64,000 bases of DNA from Escherichia phage vB_EcoM-Sa45lw, in the sequence record MK977694.1; one strand, 5' to 3'. This document shows positions 1 to 12,234 of the stretch, piece by piece. The notes beneath the pieces are model-generated. The model did no database searches. It was not told the DNA's origin and was given only the letters and a program-made list of their open reading frames with translations. The first letter of the stretch is position 1. Every line of letters starts with the position of its first letter. Position numbers and translations under genes: made by a program.

Positions 1-120
1 TCTGAAGTGTTTTCAAAAGAGCTTCAAGATATGGGTGATGAATACGCTCCAGTTATATTTGTTGATTCGGTTCATTCTGCTGAGTATGTTCCAGTATCTC
101 ATGGTATGTCAATGGTATAA
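1..120 (+). CDS. 3' end of upstream gene (partial); by synteny probably the terminase large subunit (T4 gene 17) C-terminus
   Basis: Open frame from window edge to TAA at 118-120; lies directly upstream of gene 18 as in T4. Identity by position only. Confidence 0.5.
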   Translation, partial: SEVFSKELQDMGDEYAPVIFVDSVHSAEYVPVSHGMSMV

Positions 121-123
121 ATA
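116..123 (+). promoter_or_regulatory. T4-type late promoter (TATAAATA) upstream of gene 18
   Basis: Exact TATAAATA 29 bp upstream of the gene 18 ATG. Confidence 0.55.
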
Positions 124-151
124 TATTAAAGCATATTAAAGAGGATTAAAA

Positions 152-2131
152 ATGACTTTATTATCTCCGGGCATTGAGCTCAAAGAAACTACGGTTCAAA
201 GCACCGTGGTTAATAACTCTACTGGTACAGCAGCTTTGGCCGGTAAATTCCAGTGGGGTCCTGCTTTTCAGATTAAACAGGTTACAAATGAAGTAGATTT
301 AGTTAATACTTTTGGTCAACCAACCGCTGAAACTGCTGACTATTTTATGTCTGCGATGAATTTCTTGCAGTACGGAAATGACTTACGAGTAGTTCGTGCT
401 GTTGATAGAGATACCGCTAAAAACTCATCGCCAATTGCTGGTAATATTGAATACACAATTTCTACCCCAGGTAGTAACTATGCAGTTGGAGATAAAATCA
501 CGGTCAAATATGTTTCAGATGATATTGAAACTGAAGGTAAAATTACCGAAGTAGACGCAGATGGAAAAATTAAGAAAATTAATATTCCTACTGCAAAAAT
601 TATTGCTAAAGCTAAAGAAGTTGGCGAATACCCAACATTAGGTTCTAACTGGACTGCAGAAATTTCTTCATCTTCTTCCGGTTTAGCTGCAGTAATAACT
701 CTTGGAAAAATTATTACTGATTCCGGTATTTTATTAGCTGAAATCGAGAGCGCTGAAACTGCTATGACAGCAGTTAATTTTCAGGAAAATCTTGAAAAAT
801 ATGGAATTCCAGGAGTAGTAGCTCTCTATCCAGGCGAATTAGGCGATAAAATTGAAATTGAAATCGTATCTAAAGCTGACTATGCGAAAGGCGCTTCTGC
901 ATTACTGCCAATTTATCCAGGTGGTGGTACTCGTGCATCTACTGCCAAGGCAGTATTTGGATATGGGCCGCAGACTGACTCACAGTACGCTATTATAGTT
1001 CGTCGAAATGATGCTATTGTTCAAAGCGTTGTTCTTTCAACTAAGCGTGGTGAAAAAGATATTTACGATAGTAACATCTATATCGATGACTTTTTCGCAA
1101 AAGGCGGCTCAGAATATATTTTTGCAACTGCACAAAACTGGCCAGAAGGCTTCTCTGGAATTTTAACTCTGTCTGGTGGATTATCATCAAATGCTGAAGT
1201 AACAGCAGGAGATTTGATGGAAGCTTGGGACTTCTTTGCTGACCGTGAATCTGTTGACGTTCAACTGTTTATTGCGGGTTCTTGTGCCGGTGAATCTCTA
1301 GAAACAGCATCTACTGTCCAAAAACACGTCGTTTCAATTGGGGATGCTCGCCAAGATTGCTTAGTATTGTGCTCACCACCGCGTGAAACTGTAGTTGGAA
1401 TTCCTGTAACCCGTGCTGTTGACAACTTAGTCAATTGGAGAACTGCCGCAGGTTCATATACTGATAATAACTTTAATATTAGTTCAACCTACGCAGCAAT
1501 TGATGGTAACTACAAATATCAGTATGACAAATATAATGATGTGAATCGTTGGGTTCCATTAGCAGCTGATATTGCTGGTTTATGCGCAAGAACTGATAAC
1601 GTATCTCAGACTTGGATGTCACCAGCTGGTTATAATCGTGGCCAGATTCTTAACGTTATTAAACTTGCTATTGAAACTCGCCAGGCACAACGTGACCGCT
1701 TATATCAAGAAGCTATCAACCCAGTAACTGGTACAGGTGGTGATGGTTACGTATTGTATGGTGATAAAACAGCTACTTCTGTTCCTTCTCCATTTGATCG
1801 TATTAACGTTCGTCGTCTGTTTAATATGTTGAAAACGAATATCGGACGTAGTTCAAAATATCGTTTGTTCGAATTAAACAACGCGTTTACTCGTTCTTCA
1901 TTCCGTACAGAAACTGCTCAGTACTTGCAAGGAATTAAAGCTCTTGGCGGAATTTATGAATATCGTGTAGTTTGCGATACAACAAATAACACTCCGTCAG
2001 TAATTGATAGAAATGAGTTTGTTGCAACATTCTACATCCAACCGGCTAGAAGCATTAACTACATTACTTTAAACTTCGTAGCAACTGCTACTGGTGCAGA
2101 CTTCGATGAGTTAACTGGTCTTGCAGGTTAA
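152..2131 (+). CDS. 18: Tail sheath protein gp18
   Basis: 659 aa, same length as T4 gp18; N-terminus MTLLSPGIELKETTVQSTVVNN matches recalled T4 gp18. Confidence 0.97.
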   Translation: MTLLSPGIELKETTVQSTVVNNSTGTAALAGKFQWGPAFQIKQVTNEVDLVNTFGQPTAETADYFMSAMNFLQYGNDLRVVRAVDRDTAKNSSPIAGNIEYTISTPGSNYAVGDKITVKYVSDDIETEGKITEVDADGKIKKINIPTAKIIAKAKEVGEYPTLGSNWTAEISSSSSGLAAVITLGKIITDSGILLAEIESAETAMTAVNFQENLEKYGIPGVVALYPGELGDKIEIEIVSKADYAKGASALLPIYPGGGTRASTAKAVFGYGPQTDSQYAIIVRRNDAIVQSVVLSTKRGEKDIYDSNIYIDDFFAKGGSEYIFATAQNWPEGFSGILTLSGGLSSNAEVTAGDLMEAWDFFADRESVDVQLFIAGSCAGESLETASTVQKHVVSIGDARQDCLVLCSPPRETVVGIPVTRAVDNLVNWRTAAGSYTDNNFNISSTYAAIDGNYKYQYDKYNDVNRWVPLAADIAGLCARTDNVSQTWMSPAGYNRGQILNVIKLAIETRQAQRDRLYQEAINPVTGTGGDGYVLYGDKTATSVPSPFDRINVRRLFNMLKTNIGRSSKYRLFELNNAFTRSSFRTETAQYLQGIKALGGIYEYRVVCDTTNNTPSVIDRNEFVATFYIQPARSINYITLNFVATATGADFDELTGLAG

Positions 2132-2225
2132 TACGGTGCATTCTAAAGGCCTGTTTCGGCAGGCCATATAAATACACTATATCCTTAATTCTTTAATTCT
2201 ATATGCCCTAGGTTAAACATAGGGA

Positions 2226-2233
2226 TATAAATA
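2226..2233 (+). promoter_or_regulatory. T4-type late promoter upstream of gene 19
   Basis: TATAAATA 15 bp upstream of the gene 19 ATG; a second TATAAATA lies at 2167-2174 just after a hairpin at 2148-2165. Confidence 0.55.
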
Positions 2234-2247
2234 CTACAGAGGCTAAT

Positions 2248-2739
2248 ATGTTTGTAGATGATGTAACACGAGCGTTTGAATCTGGTGATTTTGCGCGACC
2301 TAACTTATTCCAAGTAGAAATTTCTTATCTTGGACAAAATTTTACGTTCCAATGTAAAGCCACTGCTTTACCAGCTGGTATTGTAGAAAAAATTCCAGTC
2401 GGATTTATGAACCGTAAAATTAACGTGGCAGGCGATCGTACATTCGATGACTGGACTGTTACAGTAATGAACGATGAGGCACATGATGCTCGCCAGAAGT
2501 TCGTTGATTGGCAAAGCATTGCTGCTGGTCAAGGAAACGAAATTACTGGTGGAAAACCTGCAGAGTATAAAAAGAGCGCTATCGTTCGTCAATATGCTCG
2601 TGACGCTAAAACAGTAACAAAAGAAATTGAAATTAAAGGTCTATGGCCTACTAACGTGGGTGAACTTCAATTAGATTGGGATTCAAACAATGAAATTCAA
2701 ACCTTTGAAGTAACTCTTGCTCTCGATTATTGGGAATAA
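2248..2739 (+). CDS. 19: Tail tube protein gp19
   Basis: 163 aa, T4 gp19 length; follows the sheath gene. Confidence 0.96.
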   Translation: MFVDDVTRAFESGDFARPNLFQVEISYLGQNFTFQCKATALPAGIVEKIPVGFMNRKINVAGDRTFDDWTVTVMNDEAHDARQKFVDWQSIAAGQGNEITGGKPAEYKKSAIVRQYARDAKTVTKEIEIKGLWPTNVGELQLDWDSNNEIQTFEVTLALDYWE

Positions 2740-2771
2740 AATGAATGGGGAGAAATCCCCATCCTGCTTAA

Positions 2772-4396
<1,625 letters not shown>

Positions 4397-4397
<1 letters not shown>

Positions 4398-4627
4398 TGG
4401 AAGGTTTAATTGAAGCTATTAAATCAAACGACCTCGTAGCCGCTCGTAAATTATTTGCTGAAGCCATGGCTGCAAGAACGACTGATTTAATCAAAGAAGA
4501 AAAAATCACTATCGCTCGTAATTTCTTAATCGAGGGTGAAGAACCTGATGACGAGGATGACGACGAAGATAGCGATGATGATAAAGACGACAAAAAAGAC
4601 AAAGACTCTGACGAGGATGATGAATAA
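4397..4627 (+). CDS. 67: Prohead core protein gp67 with poly-acidic C-terminus
   Basis: 76 aa, highly acidic D/E-rich tail; ATGA-coupled to gene 20 stop; position as T4 gene 67. Confidence 0.85.
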
Positions 4628-5052
4628 TGATTCTAATCCCTGAAACTCATGAATTAGTTCTCGAGAATGTCGAAGCACTTATTCCTGAAGCACAGGGTCG
4701 CTTTGACGAGTTGTCTTCTGCTTTAAATAAAGACGATATAAATAAAATTATCGAGAATATGCTTGATGATGAAACTGATTTAGCGGTTGCATTAGCTTCT
4801 ATTAATGAAAATATGCCGTTAAATGAATTTATCGTTAAACATGTTTCTGCCCGTGGTGAAATTACTCGCACTAAAGATCGCAAAACCCGCGAACGTAATG
4901 CATTTCAAACTACCGGGTTGTCTAAAGCAAAACGTAGACAAATTGCTCGTAAAGCTACCAAAACGAAGATTGCCAATCCAGCAGGTCAATCTCGTGCTCA
5001 GCGTAAGCGTAAAAAAGCTCTTAAACGCCGTAAAGCATTAGGATTAAGCTAA
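4627..5052 (+). CDS. 68: Prohead core protein gp68
   Basis: 141 aa, basic C-terminus; position and size as T4 gene 68. Confidence 0.85.
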   Translation: MILIPETHELVLENVEALIPEAQGRFDELSSALNKDDINKIIENMLDDETDLAVALASINENMPLNEFIVKHVSARGEITRTKDRKTRERNAFQTTGLSKAKRRQIARKATKTKIANPAGQSRAQRKRKKALKRRKALGLS

Positions 5053-5690
5053 TGAATGAACCCCAATTGCTAATTGAAACTTGGGGTCAACCTGGCGAAA
5101 TTATTGATGGTGTGCCAATGCTTGAATCCCATGATGGGAAAGACTTAGGTTTAAAACCTGGTTTATACATCGAAGGAATATTCATGCAAGCAGAAGTCGT
5201 CAATAGAAATAAACGTCTTTATCCAAAACGTATATTAGAAAAAGCGGTAAAAGACTATATTAATGAGCAAGTTTTAACTAAACAAGCTCTCGGAGAATTA
5301 AATCATCCTCCACGCGCTAATGTTGACCCGATGCAAGCCGCTATCATTATAGAAGATATGTGGTGGAAAGGAAATGACGTATACGGACGAGCTCGTGTTA
5401 TTGAAGGTGACCATGGTCCTGGAGATAAATTAGCAGCTAATATTCGTGCCGGATGGATTCCAGGAGTTTCTTCTCGTGGATTAGGTTCATTGACTGACAC
5501 AAATAAAGGTTATCGTATCGTAAACGAAGGATTCAAATTAACTGTAGGTGTTGATGCAGTATGGGGTCCAAGTGCTCCAGATGCATGGGTAACTCCTAAG
5601 GAAATTACCGAATCACAGACGGCGGAAGCCGATACAAGTGCCGATGACGCCTATATGGCTCTCGCAGAGGCCATGAAAAAAGCGTTATAA
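5052..5690 (+). CDS. 21: Prohead core scaffold protein and protease gp21
   Basis: 212 aa, T4 gp21 length; position between 68 and 22. Confidence 0.93.
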   Translation: MNEPQLLIETWGQPGEIIDGVPMLESHDGKDLGLKPGLYIEGIFMQAEVVNRNKRLYPKRILEKAVKDYINEQVLTKQALGELNHPPRANVDPMQAAIIIEDMWWKGNDVYGRARVIEGDHGPGDKLAANIRAGWIPGVSSRGLGSLTDTNKGYRIVNEGFKLTVGVDAVWGPSAPDAWVTPKEITESQTAEADTSADDAYMALAEAMKKAL

Positions 5691-5693
5691 ATA
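5686..5693 (+). promoter_or_regulatory. T4-type late promoter upstream of gene 22
   Basis: TATAAATA overlapping the gene 21 stop, 28 bp upstream of the gene 22 ATG. Confidence 0.5.
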
Positions 5694-5720
5694 TTATTAT
5701 CTAAACAACAGGACTACAAA

Positions 5721-6530
5721 ATGCTTAAAGAACAACTGATTGCCGAAGCGCAGAAAATTGATGCTTCCGTTGCTCTTGATAGTATTTTCGAATCAGTTAA
5801 TATTTCTCCGGAAGCAAAAGAAACTTTCGGCACTGTATTCGAAGCTACCGTCAAGCAGCACGCCGTTAAATTAGCTGAATCTCATATCGCTAAAATTGCT
5901 GAAAAAGCAGAAGAAGAAGTAGAAAAAAATAAAGAAGAAGCAGAAGAAAAAGCTGAGAAGAAAATCGCTGAGCAAGCTTCTAAATTCCTTGACCATCTTG
6001 CAAAAGAATGGCTCACTGAAAATAAATTAGCAGTAGATAAAGGTATCAAAGCCGAACTGTTTGAATCCATGCTTGGTGGATTGAAAGAGCTCTTCGTTGA
6101 ACACAACGTTGTTGTTCCAGAAGAATCAGTTGATGTTGTAGCTGAAATGGAAGAAGAACTGCAAGAACATAAAGAAGAATCAGCTCGTCTGTTCGAAGAA
6201 CTCAATAAGCGTGACGCATATATCAATTATGTGCAGCGTGAAGTGGCATTGAGCGAAAGTACTAAAGATCTGACTGAGTCTCAAAAAGAAAAAGTCTCTG
6301 CTCTGGTCGAAGGTATTGATTATTCAGATGCATTCTCAAGCAAATTGAGTGCCATCGTAGAAATGGTGAAGAAATCTAATAAAGATGAAAGCACTATTAC
6401 TGAGAGTATAAATACTCCTGATACTGAAGCAGCCGGACTGAATTTCGTCACTGAAGCTGTAGAAGATAAATCTGCACAAGGTGCAGAAGATATTGTAAGT
6501 GTATATGCGAAAGTCGCATCTCGTTTCTAA
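5721..6530 (+). CDS. 22: Prohead core scaffold protein gp22
   Basis: 269 aa, acidic coiled-coil-like composition; T4 gp22 size and position. Confidence 0.93.
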   Translation: MLKEQLIAEAQKIDASVALDSIFESVNISPEAKETFGTVFEATVKQHAVKLAESHIAKIAEKAEEEVEKNKEEAEEKAEKKIAEQASKFLDHLAKEWLTENKLAVDKGIKAELFESMLGGLKELFVEHNVVVPEESVDVVAEMEEELQEHKEESARLFEELNKRDAYINYVQREVALSESTKDLTESQKEKVSALVEGIDYSDAFSSKLSAIVEMVKKSNKDESTITESINTPDTEAAGLNFVTEAVEDKSAQGAEDIVSVYAKVASRF

Positions 6531-6548
6531 TTTTAAAGGTTAACACAA

Positions 6549-8114
6549 ATGACTATCAAAACTAAAGCTGAACTTTTGAACAAATGGAAGCCATTACTGG
6601 AAGGTGAAGGTTTACCGGAAATTGCTAATAGCAAACAAGCGATTATCGCTAAAATCTTTGAAAACCAGGAAAAAGATTTCCAGACAGCTCCGGAATATAA
6701 AGACGAAAAAATTGCTCAGGCATTCGGTTCTTTCTTAACAGAAGCTGAAATCGGTGGTGACCACGGTTACAATGCTACCAACATCGCTGCAGGTCAGACT
6801 TCTGGCGCAGTAACTCAGATTGGCCCAGCTGTTATGGGTATGGTACGTCGTGCTATTCCTAACCTGATTGCTTTCGATATTTGTGGTGTTCAGCCAATGA
6901 ACAGCCCGACTGGCCAGGTATTCGCGCTGCGCGCAGTATATGGTAAAGATCCAATCGCTTCCGGCGCTAAAGAAGCATTCCACCCAATGTATGGTCCAGA
7001 TGCAATGTTCTCTGGTCAGGGTGCTGCTAAGAAATTCGCTGCTTTGAAAGCAAGTGATACTCTTGAAGTCGGAACTATTTACACTCACTTCTTCCAGGAC
7101 ACTGGTACTGTGTATCTGCAAGCTACAGCAGCTAAACAAATTGATTCAGGCGCATCTGACGCAGACAAATTAGATGCTGAAATTAAGAAACAAATGGAAG
7201 CTGGTGTACTGGTAGAAATCGCTGAAGGTATGGCTACTTCTATCGCTGAACTTCAAGAAGGTTTTAACGGTTCTACCGATAACCCGTGGAATGAAATGGG
7301 CTTCCGTATCGATAAACAAGTTATCGAAGCTAAATCTCGTCAGCTGAAAGCTGCTTACTCTATTGAATTAGCACAAGACCTCCGCGCTGTTCATGGTATG
7401 GATGCTGATGCTGAACTGTCTGGTATTCTGGCTACCGAAATTATGCTGGAAATCAACCGTGAAGTTGTTGATTGGATTAACTACTCAGCACAGGTTGGTA
7501 AATCTGGTATGACCCTGACTCCGGGTTCTAAAGCTGGTGTATTTGACTTCCAGGACCCAATCGATATTCGTGGTGCTCGCTGGGCTGGTGAATCCTTTAA
7601 AGCTCTGTTGTTCCAGATTGACAAAGAAGCAGTTGAAATTGCTCGTCAGACCGGTCGTGGTGAAGGTAACTTCATTATCGCTTCCCGTAACGTAGTTAAC
7701 GTTCTGGCTTCAGTTGATACCGGCATTTCTTATGCTGCACAGGGTCTGGCAACTGGCTTTAACACTGATACTACCAAGTCAGTATTTGCTGGTGTTCTGG
7801 GTGGTAAATACCGTGTATATATCGACCAGTATGCTAAACAGGATTATTTCACTGTAGGTTATAAAGGTCCGAACGAAATGGATGCTGGTATTTACTACGC
7901 TCCATATGTAGCTCTGACTCCACTGCGTGGTTCTGATCCGAAGAACTTCCAACCGGTAATGGGGTTCAAAACTCGTTACGGTATCGGTATCAACCCATTT
8001 GCAGAATCCGCTGCTCAGGCTCCGGCTTCTCGCATTCAGAGTGGTATGCCTTCTATCCTGAACAGCCTTGGTAAGAACGCTTACTTCCGCCGTGTATATG
8101 TTAAAGGTATCTAA
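6549..8114 (+). CDS. 23: Major capsid protein gp23
   Basis: 521 aa, T4 gp23 length; sequence-biased codon usage typical of a highly expressed gene. Confidence 0.98.
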   Translation: MTIKTKAELLNKWKPLLEGEGLPEIANSKQAIIAKIFENQEKDFQTAPEYKDEKIAQAFGSFLTEAEIGGDHGYNATNIAAGQTSGAVTQIGPAVMGMVRRAIPNLIAFDICGVQPMNSPTGQVFALRAVYGKDPIASGAKEAFHPMYGPDAMFSGQGAAKKFAALKASDTLEVGTIYTHFFQDTGTVYLQATAAKQIDSGASDADKLDAEIKKQMEAGVLVEIAEGMATSIAELQEGFNGSTDNPWNEMGFRIDKQVIEAKSRQLKAAYSIELAQDLRAVHGMDADAELSGILATEIMLEINREVVDWINYSAQVGKSGMTLTPGSKAGVFDFQDPIDIRGARWAGESFKALLFQIDKEAVEIARQTGRGEGNFIIASRNVVNVLASVDTGISYAAQGLATGFNTDTTKSVFAGVLGGKYRVYIDQYAKQDYFTVGYKGPNEMDAGIYYAPYVALTPLRGSDPKNFQPVMGFKTRYGIGINPFAESAAQAPASRIQSGMPSILNSLGKNAYFRRVYVKGI

Positions 8115-8129
8115 TCTTTGACGATTTAA

Positions 8130-8158
8130 GGGACCTTCGGGTCCCTTTAGTTGTTTTT
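8130..8158 (+). terminator. Intrinsic terminator after gene 23
   Basis: GGGACC-TTCG-GGTCCC hairpin followed by TTTAGTTGTTTTT. Confidence 0.6.
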
Positions 8159-8162
8159 ATGG

Positions 8163-8170
8163 TATAAATA
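8163..8170 (+). promoter_or_regulatory. T4-type late promoter upstream of gene 24
   Basis: TATAAATA 28 bp upstream of the gene 24 ATG. Confidence 0.55.
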
Positions 8171-8197
8171 AATCATATAAACTGAAAGGAAAGCGCA

Positions 8198-9481
8198 ATG
8201 GCTAAAATCAACGAACTTCTGCGCGAATCAACCACAACGAATAGCAACTCAATCGGTCGCCCAAATCTCGTTGCTTTGACTCGCGCTACCACTAAATTAA
8301 TATATTCTGACATTGTAGCAACGCAAAGAACTAATCAACCTGTTGCTGCTTTTTATGGTATCAAATACCTTAACCCAGACAATGAATTTACATTTAAAAC
8401 TGGTGCTACTTACGCTGGCGAAGCTGGATATGTAGACCGAGAAAAAATCACAGAATTAACAGAAGAGTCTAAATTAACTCTCAATAAAGGCGATTTATTC
8501 AAATATAATAATATCGTTTATAAAGTATTAGAAGATACACCATTTGCTGATATTGAAGAAAGCGACTTAGAGTTAGCTCTTCAGATTGCAATTGTTCTTT
8601 TAAAGGTTCGTCTATTTTCTGACGCAGCGTCAACAAGCAAATTTGAAAGCTCTGATAGTGAAATTGCGGATGCTAGATTCCAGATTAATAAATGGCAAAC
8701 CACAGTTAAATCTCGCAAACTTAAAACTGGTATCACAGTTGAATTAGCACAAGATTTAGAAGCAAACGGATTCGATGCTCCTAATTTCTTAGAAGATTTG
8801 CTTGCAACCGAAATGGCAGATGAAATCAATAAAGATATTCTGCAGTCTTTGATTACAGTATCAAAACGTTATAAAGTTACAGGAATTACTGATACTGGAT
8901 TCATTGATTTGAGTTATGCATCTGCACCTGAAGCTGGTCGTTCATTATACCGAATGGTATGTGAAATGGTTTCGCATATCCAAAAAGAATCAACTTATAC
9001 AGCAACGTTCTGTGTTGCTTCTGCTCGTGCCGCTGCGATTCTTGCTGCATCAGGTTGGTTAAAACATAAACCAGAAGATGACAAGTATCTTTCACAAAAT
9101 GCCTACGGGTTCTTAGCTAATGGTTTACCGCTTTATTGCGATACTAACAGCCCATTAGATTATGTAATCGTTGGCGTAGTAGAAAATATCGGTGAAAAAG
9201 AAATTGTTGGATCAATTTTCTATGCTCCGTATACAGAAGGTCTAGACTTAGATGACCCTGAACATGTAGGTGCATTTAAAGTTGTTGTTGATCCAGAAAG
9301 CTTGCAACCGTCTATCGGTTTATTAGTTAGATATGCTTTATCTGCAAATCCTTATACTGTAGCAAAAGATGAAAAAGAAGCAAGAGTAATTGATGGTGGA
9401 GACATGGATAAAATGGCGGGTCGTTCAGATTTGTCTGTTTTATTAGGTGTTAAATTACCAAAAATTATTATCGATGAATAA
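8198..9481 (+). CDS. 24: Capsid vertex protein gp24
   Basis: 427 aa, T4 gp24 length; paralogous to gp23 by position. Confidence 0.95.
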   Translation: MAKINELLRESTTTNSNSIGRPNLVALTRATTKLIYSDIVATQRTNQPVAAFYGIKYLNPDNEFTFKTGATYAGEAGYVDREKITELTEESKLTLNKGDLFKYNNIVYKVLEDTPFADIEESDLELALQIAIVLLKVRLFSDAASTSKFESSDSEIADARFQINKWQTTVKSRKLKTGITVELAQDLEANGFDAPNFLEDLLATEMADEINKDILQSLITVSKRYKVTGITDTGFIDLSYASAPEAGRSLYRMVCEMVSHIQKESTYTATFCVASARAAAILAASGWLKHKPEDDKYLSQNAYGFLANGLPLYCDTNSPLDYVIVGVVENIGEKEIVGSIFYAPYTEGLDLDDPEHVGAFKVVVDPESLQPSIGLLVRYALSANPYTVAKDEKEARVIDGGDMDKMAGRSDLSVLLGVKLPKIIIDE

Positions 9482-9487
9482 AACAAA

Positions 9488-9510
9488 GGGACCGAAAGGT
9501 CCCTTTTTAT
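9488..9510. terminator. Bidirectional terminator between convergent genes 24 and rnlB
   Basis: GGGACC-GAAA-GGTCCC hairpin flanked by A-run upstream and T-run downstream, so it reads as hairpin plus U-run on both strands. Confidence 0.6.
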
Positions 9511-10515
9511 TTAGCTCACCAACTCAATCCAAGCTGGACGAAGTACATCTTGCACCATTTTAACTAATTCCTTTTTAATCAAAGAAGGATTATCCGCTTG
9601 AGTTAGAGTAATACCTTCACGAGAAGTTTCTTCCAAAATATCTTGGACAGTTAGCCCCATCACCTTTCCAAAATCTTTAGGACCAATTTCGCCAATTTTA
9701 GAAATAACGTTATTTACTCGGTTCAGTGTAACGTAACAAGCTAAAATTCCCACTAATTTGTTATCAGCTTCTGATAGTTCAACTTTAGCTTTAATAGGCT
9801 TATCAGACTTTTTCTTTTCACTAAATTTGGAATTCTTGCATTTAATTGCTACACGATTTCCATTACGAAGCCAAGAAGGATAACAAGGTTTCAATACATA
9901 TCCTTCAGCGGTAAATACTTCGCCTTTTGCTTCGGCATTCCAAACGCATTTATTTGCATCAACTAATCCAGCATGGTCTACTGTAAAATTATAATCTTGG
10001 ACGACAGAATCTAAATCATTTGGCAATTTAATAAGCTCTTCAAATTTACCGCGACCTAAAAGTGGAGCCATTTTAAATTTAAATGTATTGCAGAATGATT
10101 CCATCATATAATCATCGACATAAGTCACGTCACCACTTTCTGTAGTGACAATAATGTCAAATACATAGAAATCTTTATCACCATAATCAACATTCTTCTG
10201 AATGCCAGGTCCAGCGAATTCGCCAAAAACTTGATAAGTCACAACAGCTGAAGTTTCCATAATATCTTGTACTGCTTTAATGGAATCAGCGTAATTCTTT
10301 AGAATAATTTCATACCCAAAGAAATCTTCAGCAGGAAGAATCGGTCCAGTACGTTTAGCGCAAGTTACTTTATCACGCTCAATAATCAAAGAAAAGTTTG
10401 TTCCATGAATTTTTTCACGAGCTACCCATTCGCCGCCAGTCAATCCCAAGCTATAAAGTTTTTCAATAAATTTAGAGTTGTAATGATTTTCAAGACTGCT
10501 ATACTTTTTAAACAT
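9511..10515 (-). CDS. rnlB: RNA ligase 2 (Rnl2)
   Basis: 334 aa, T4 Rnl2 length; nucleotidyltransferase lysine motif in EKIHGTN near N-terminus. Confidence 0.93.
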   Translation of the reverse strand: MFKKYSSLENHYNSKFIEKLYSLGLTGGEWVAREKIHGTNFSLIIERDKVTCAKRTGPILPAEDFFGYEIILKNYADSIKAVQDIMETSAVVTYQVFGEFAGPGIQKNVDYGDKDFYVFDIIVTTESGDVTYVDDYMMESFCNTFKFKMAPLLGRGKFEELIKLPNDLDSVVQDYNFTVDHAGLVDANKCVWNAEAKGEVFTAEGYVLKPCYPSWLRNGNRVAIKCKNSKFSEKKKSDKPIKAKVELSEADNKLVGILACYVTLNRVNNVISKIGEIGPKDFGKVMGLTVQDILEETSREGITLTQADNPSLIKKELVKMVQDVLRPAWIELVS

Positions 10516-10524
10516 AATTAATCC

Positions 10525-10803
10525 TCAAAATGTAATTTCTAACCAATCACCATCACGCTGATCACTATTGACTTTAAAATTAAATCCTTCTTTTCTCAGC
10601 CAATCACCAATTTCTTCAGTAATCAGTTTATCGCGAGCAGTACAATAATAACTAAAATATGTTTTACCTTGTTCAGCTGCTTTATTAGCAAGTTCTGAAA
10701 AATCTTTAATAAAACACTCTAGCTTAAACTGTTTACTTTTTAATGCTTTTTCACGTAATTGATTAGCAAAAGATTCATTTTCATAAAGATCATACTGTTC
10801 CAT
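10525..10803 (-). CDS. Hypothetical protein (T4 24.2 position)
   Basis: 92-aa ORF with SD, tightly packed between rnlB and the next ORF. Confidence 0.65.
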   Translation of the reverse strand: MEQYDLYENESFANQLREKALKSKQFKLECFIKDFSELANKAAEQGKTYFSYYCTARDKLITEEIGDWLRKEGFNFKVNSDQRDGDWLEITF

Positions 10804-11005
10804 TTTTCACCTTTTTATTAATGTGTCTTTTTCTATAGACAACTTTTTCTCGAGTCTCAAATTTATTCTTTGCAGTCATAGCTCGAGCCCATAATACAGC
10901 CACTTCTTTCGCCTGTAAGTTTAATTCACGAGCAATTTCAATGAATGACTTTCCAGACTCATGAAGCGTAAACACCACAACTTCAGTTCTCATAATCAAT
11001 CTCAT
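10790..11005 (-). CDS. Hypothetical small basic protein with helix-turn-helix-like segment (T4 24.3 position)
   Basis: 71-aa ORF; segment SGKSFIEIARELNLQAKEV resembles an HTH. Confidence 0.6.
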   Translation of the reverse strand: MRLIMRTEVVVFTLHESGKSFIEIARELNLQAKEVAVLWARAMTAKNKFETREKVVYRKRHINKKVKNGTV

Positions 11006-11059
11006 GTTATCGAGTTGGTGCCATTATATACATCATTTTCTGATTGTGTTTTGTGTGCT

Positions 11060-11088
11060 TTCAAAATGAAGAAAGGGGCCGAAGCCCC
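11060..11088 (-). terminator. Intrinsic terminator downstream of hoc
   Basis: On the minus strand GGGGC-TTCG-GCCCC followed by TTTCTTCATTTT. Confidence 0.5.
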
Positions 11089-11094
11089 TTTCGA

Positions 11095-12225
11095 TTATGG
11101 ATAAGTATAGATGATACCAGTTTCTAAAGCAGTTTTATGAATGATGTATCCATTGCGTGATTCTTGAACATCAACTTCTGGATAGTCTTTCATCATCTTC
11201 TGAAGAGTGTAACGATGCAGGTAGTATTTACTGTCTGGATCTTCAGTTTTCCAATCTTTACCTTCTTCGGTCATTTTTTGGATTTCATCCATAACCCACC
11301 AACCGCACCAGATATAAGCTGAAGTACGATGTGGAAGAGGATGAACATAAGGCAATTCACCTTCTGGTTCCGGAGCAACTTTATCAGTTACCTGAACTTG
11401 GCCTGTTGCTTTAACTGTTTTACTATCATAGTCGGTTGCTGTAACGACAGCAGTAACTTCAATAGTTTGACTTCCAATAGATGAGGTGTCAACGGTGTAT
11501 ACGTTAGTTGACCCTTCTACAGGAGAAGAATCTTTCTTCCATGAATAAGTAATTTGCGCTGCTTCAGGTGCGCCAGTGACATTAGCGGTAAATGTAGCTG
11601 AAGCATCTTGCTGAACGTTAATAGAAGGAGGAGTCAATGTAACCTGCGGATTCATTGTCTTCTTATTAACTGTCAATGATACTTCATTAGAAGTAACTTC
11701 CTTTTCATTGTAATTTTCTGCTGTTACTTGGGCTACGCATTTAATTCTTTTTACTCCACTTGTAGTTGGAGTATAGCTAAATGTAGAGTTAGTTTCTCCA
11801 CCAACTTGAGAATCATCTACATACCATTTATATGTAGCAGACGCTCCATCAGGTTGAGAAGCTAAGGCAGCAGTAAATTGAACTGGGGTTCCAATTACTC
11901 CTGCTGGAGGACTATTAGGAGTTACTGCCAATGTAGTTGTCTGAGTTTTATTTTTAACCGTTATAGTAGTTGATGCTTGAGCTGTTTCAGGACTACTATC
12001 TGCAACTTGGTTTGTTGCAACAACTTTAATAGTCTTTTGACCAGCAGGACCTTTTAATACATAATCAAAAGTTGCTTCAGACCCATCTTGTGGAGCATTA
12101 TCTACACTCCAAGCATAAGTAATAGTTCCACCTCCAGTTTCACCACTGGGTGCAGCAGTAAACTGCTTGGTTTCATCAATAACCCCTGTCGGTGTTTTAG
12201 GAGTTATATCAACTGTAAAAGCCAT
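11095..12225 (-). CDS. hoc: Highly immunogenic outer capsid protein Hoc (Ig-like domains)
   Basis: 376 aa, T4 Hoc length; repeated beta-rich T/S/V-rich segments typical of tandem Ig-like domains. Confidence 0.92.
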   Translation of the reverse strand: MAFTVDITPKTPTGVIDETKQFTAAPSGETGGGTITYAWSVDNAPQDGSEATFDYVLKGPAGQKTIKVVATNQVADSSPETAQASTTITVKNKTQTTTLAVTPNSPPAGVIGTPVQFTAALASQPDGASATYKWYVDDSQVGGETNSTFSYTPTTSGVKRIKCVAQVTAENYNEKEVTSNEVSLTVNKKTMNPQVTLTPPSINVQQDASATFTANVTGAPEAAQITYSWKKDSSPVEGSTNVYTVDTSSIGSQTIEVTAVVTATDYDSKTVKATGQVQVTDKVAPEPEGELPYVHPLPHRTSAYIWCGWWVMDEIQKMTEEGKDWKTEDPDSKYYLHRYTLQKMMKDYPEVDVQESRNGYIIHKTALETGIIYTYP

Positions 12226-12234
12226 AAGTTATCC

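Noticed and set aside
5882-6226. Antisense 114-aa ORF within gene 22 and 134-aa ORF (6735-7139) within gene 23
   Set aside because: Shadow ORFs inside highly conserved capsid-assembly genes; Ser-rich low-complexity translations; no translation signals.
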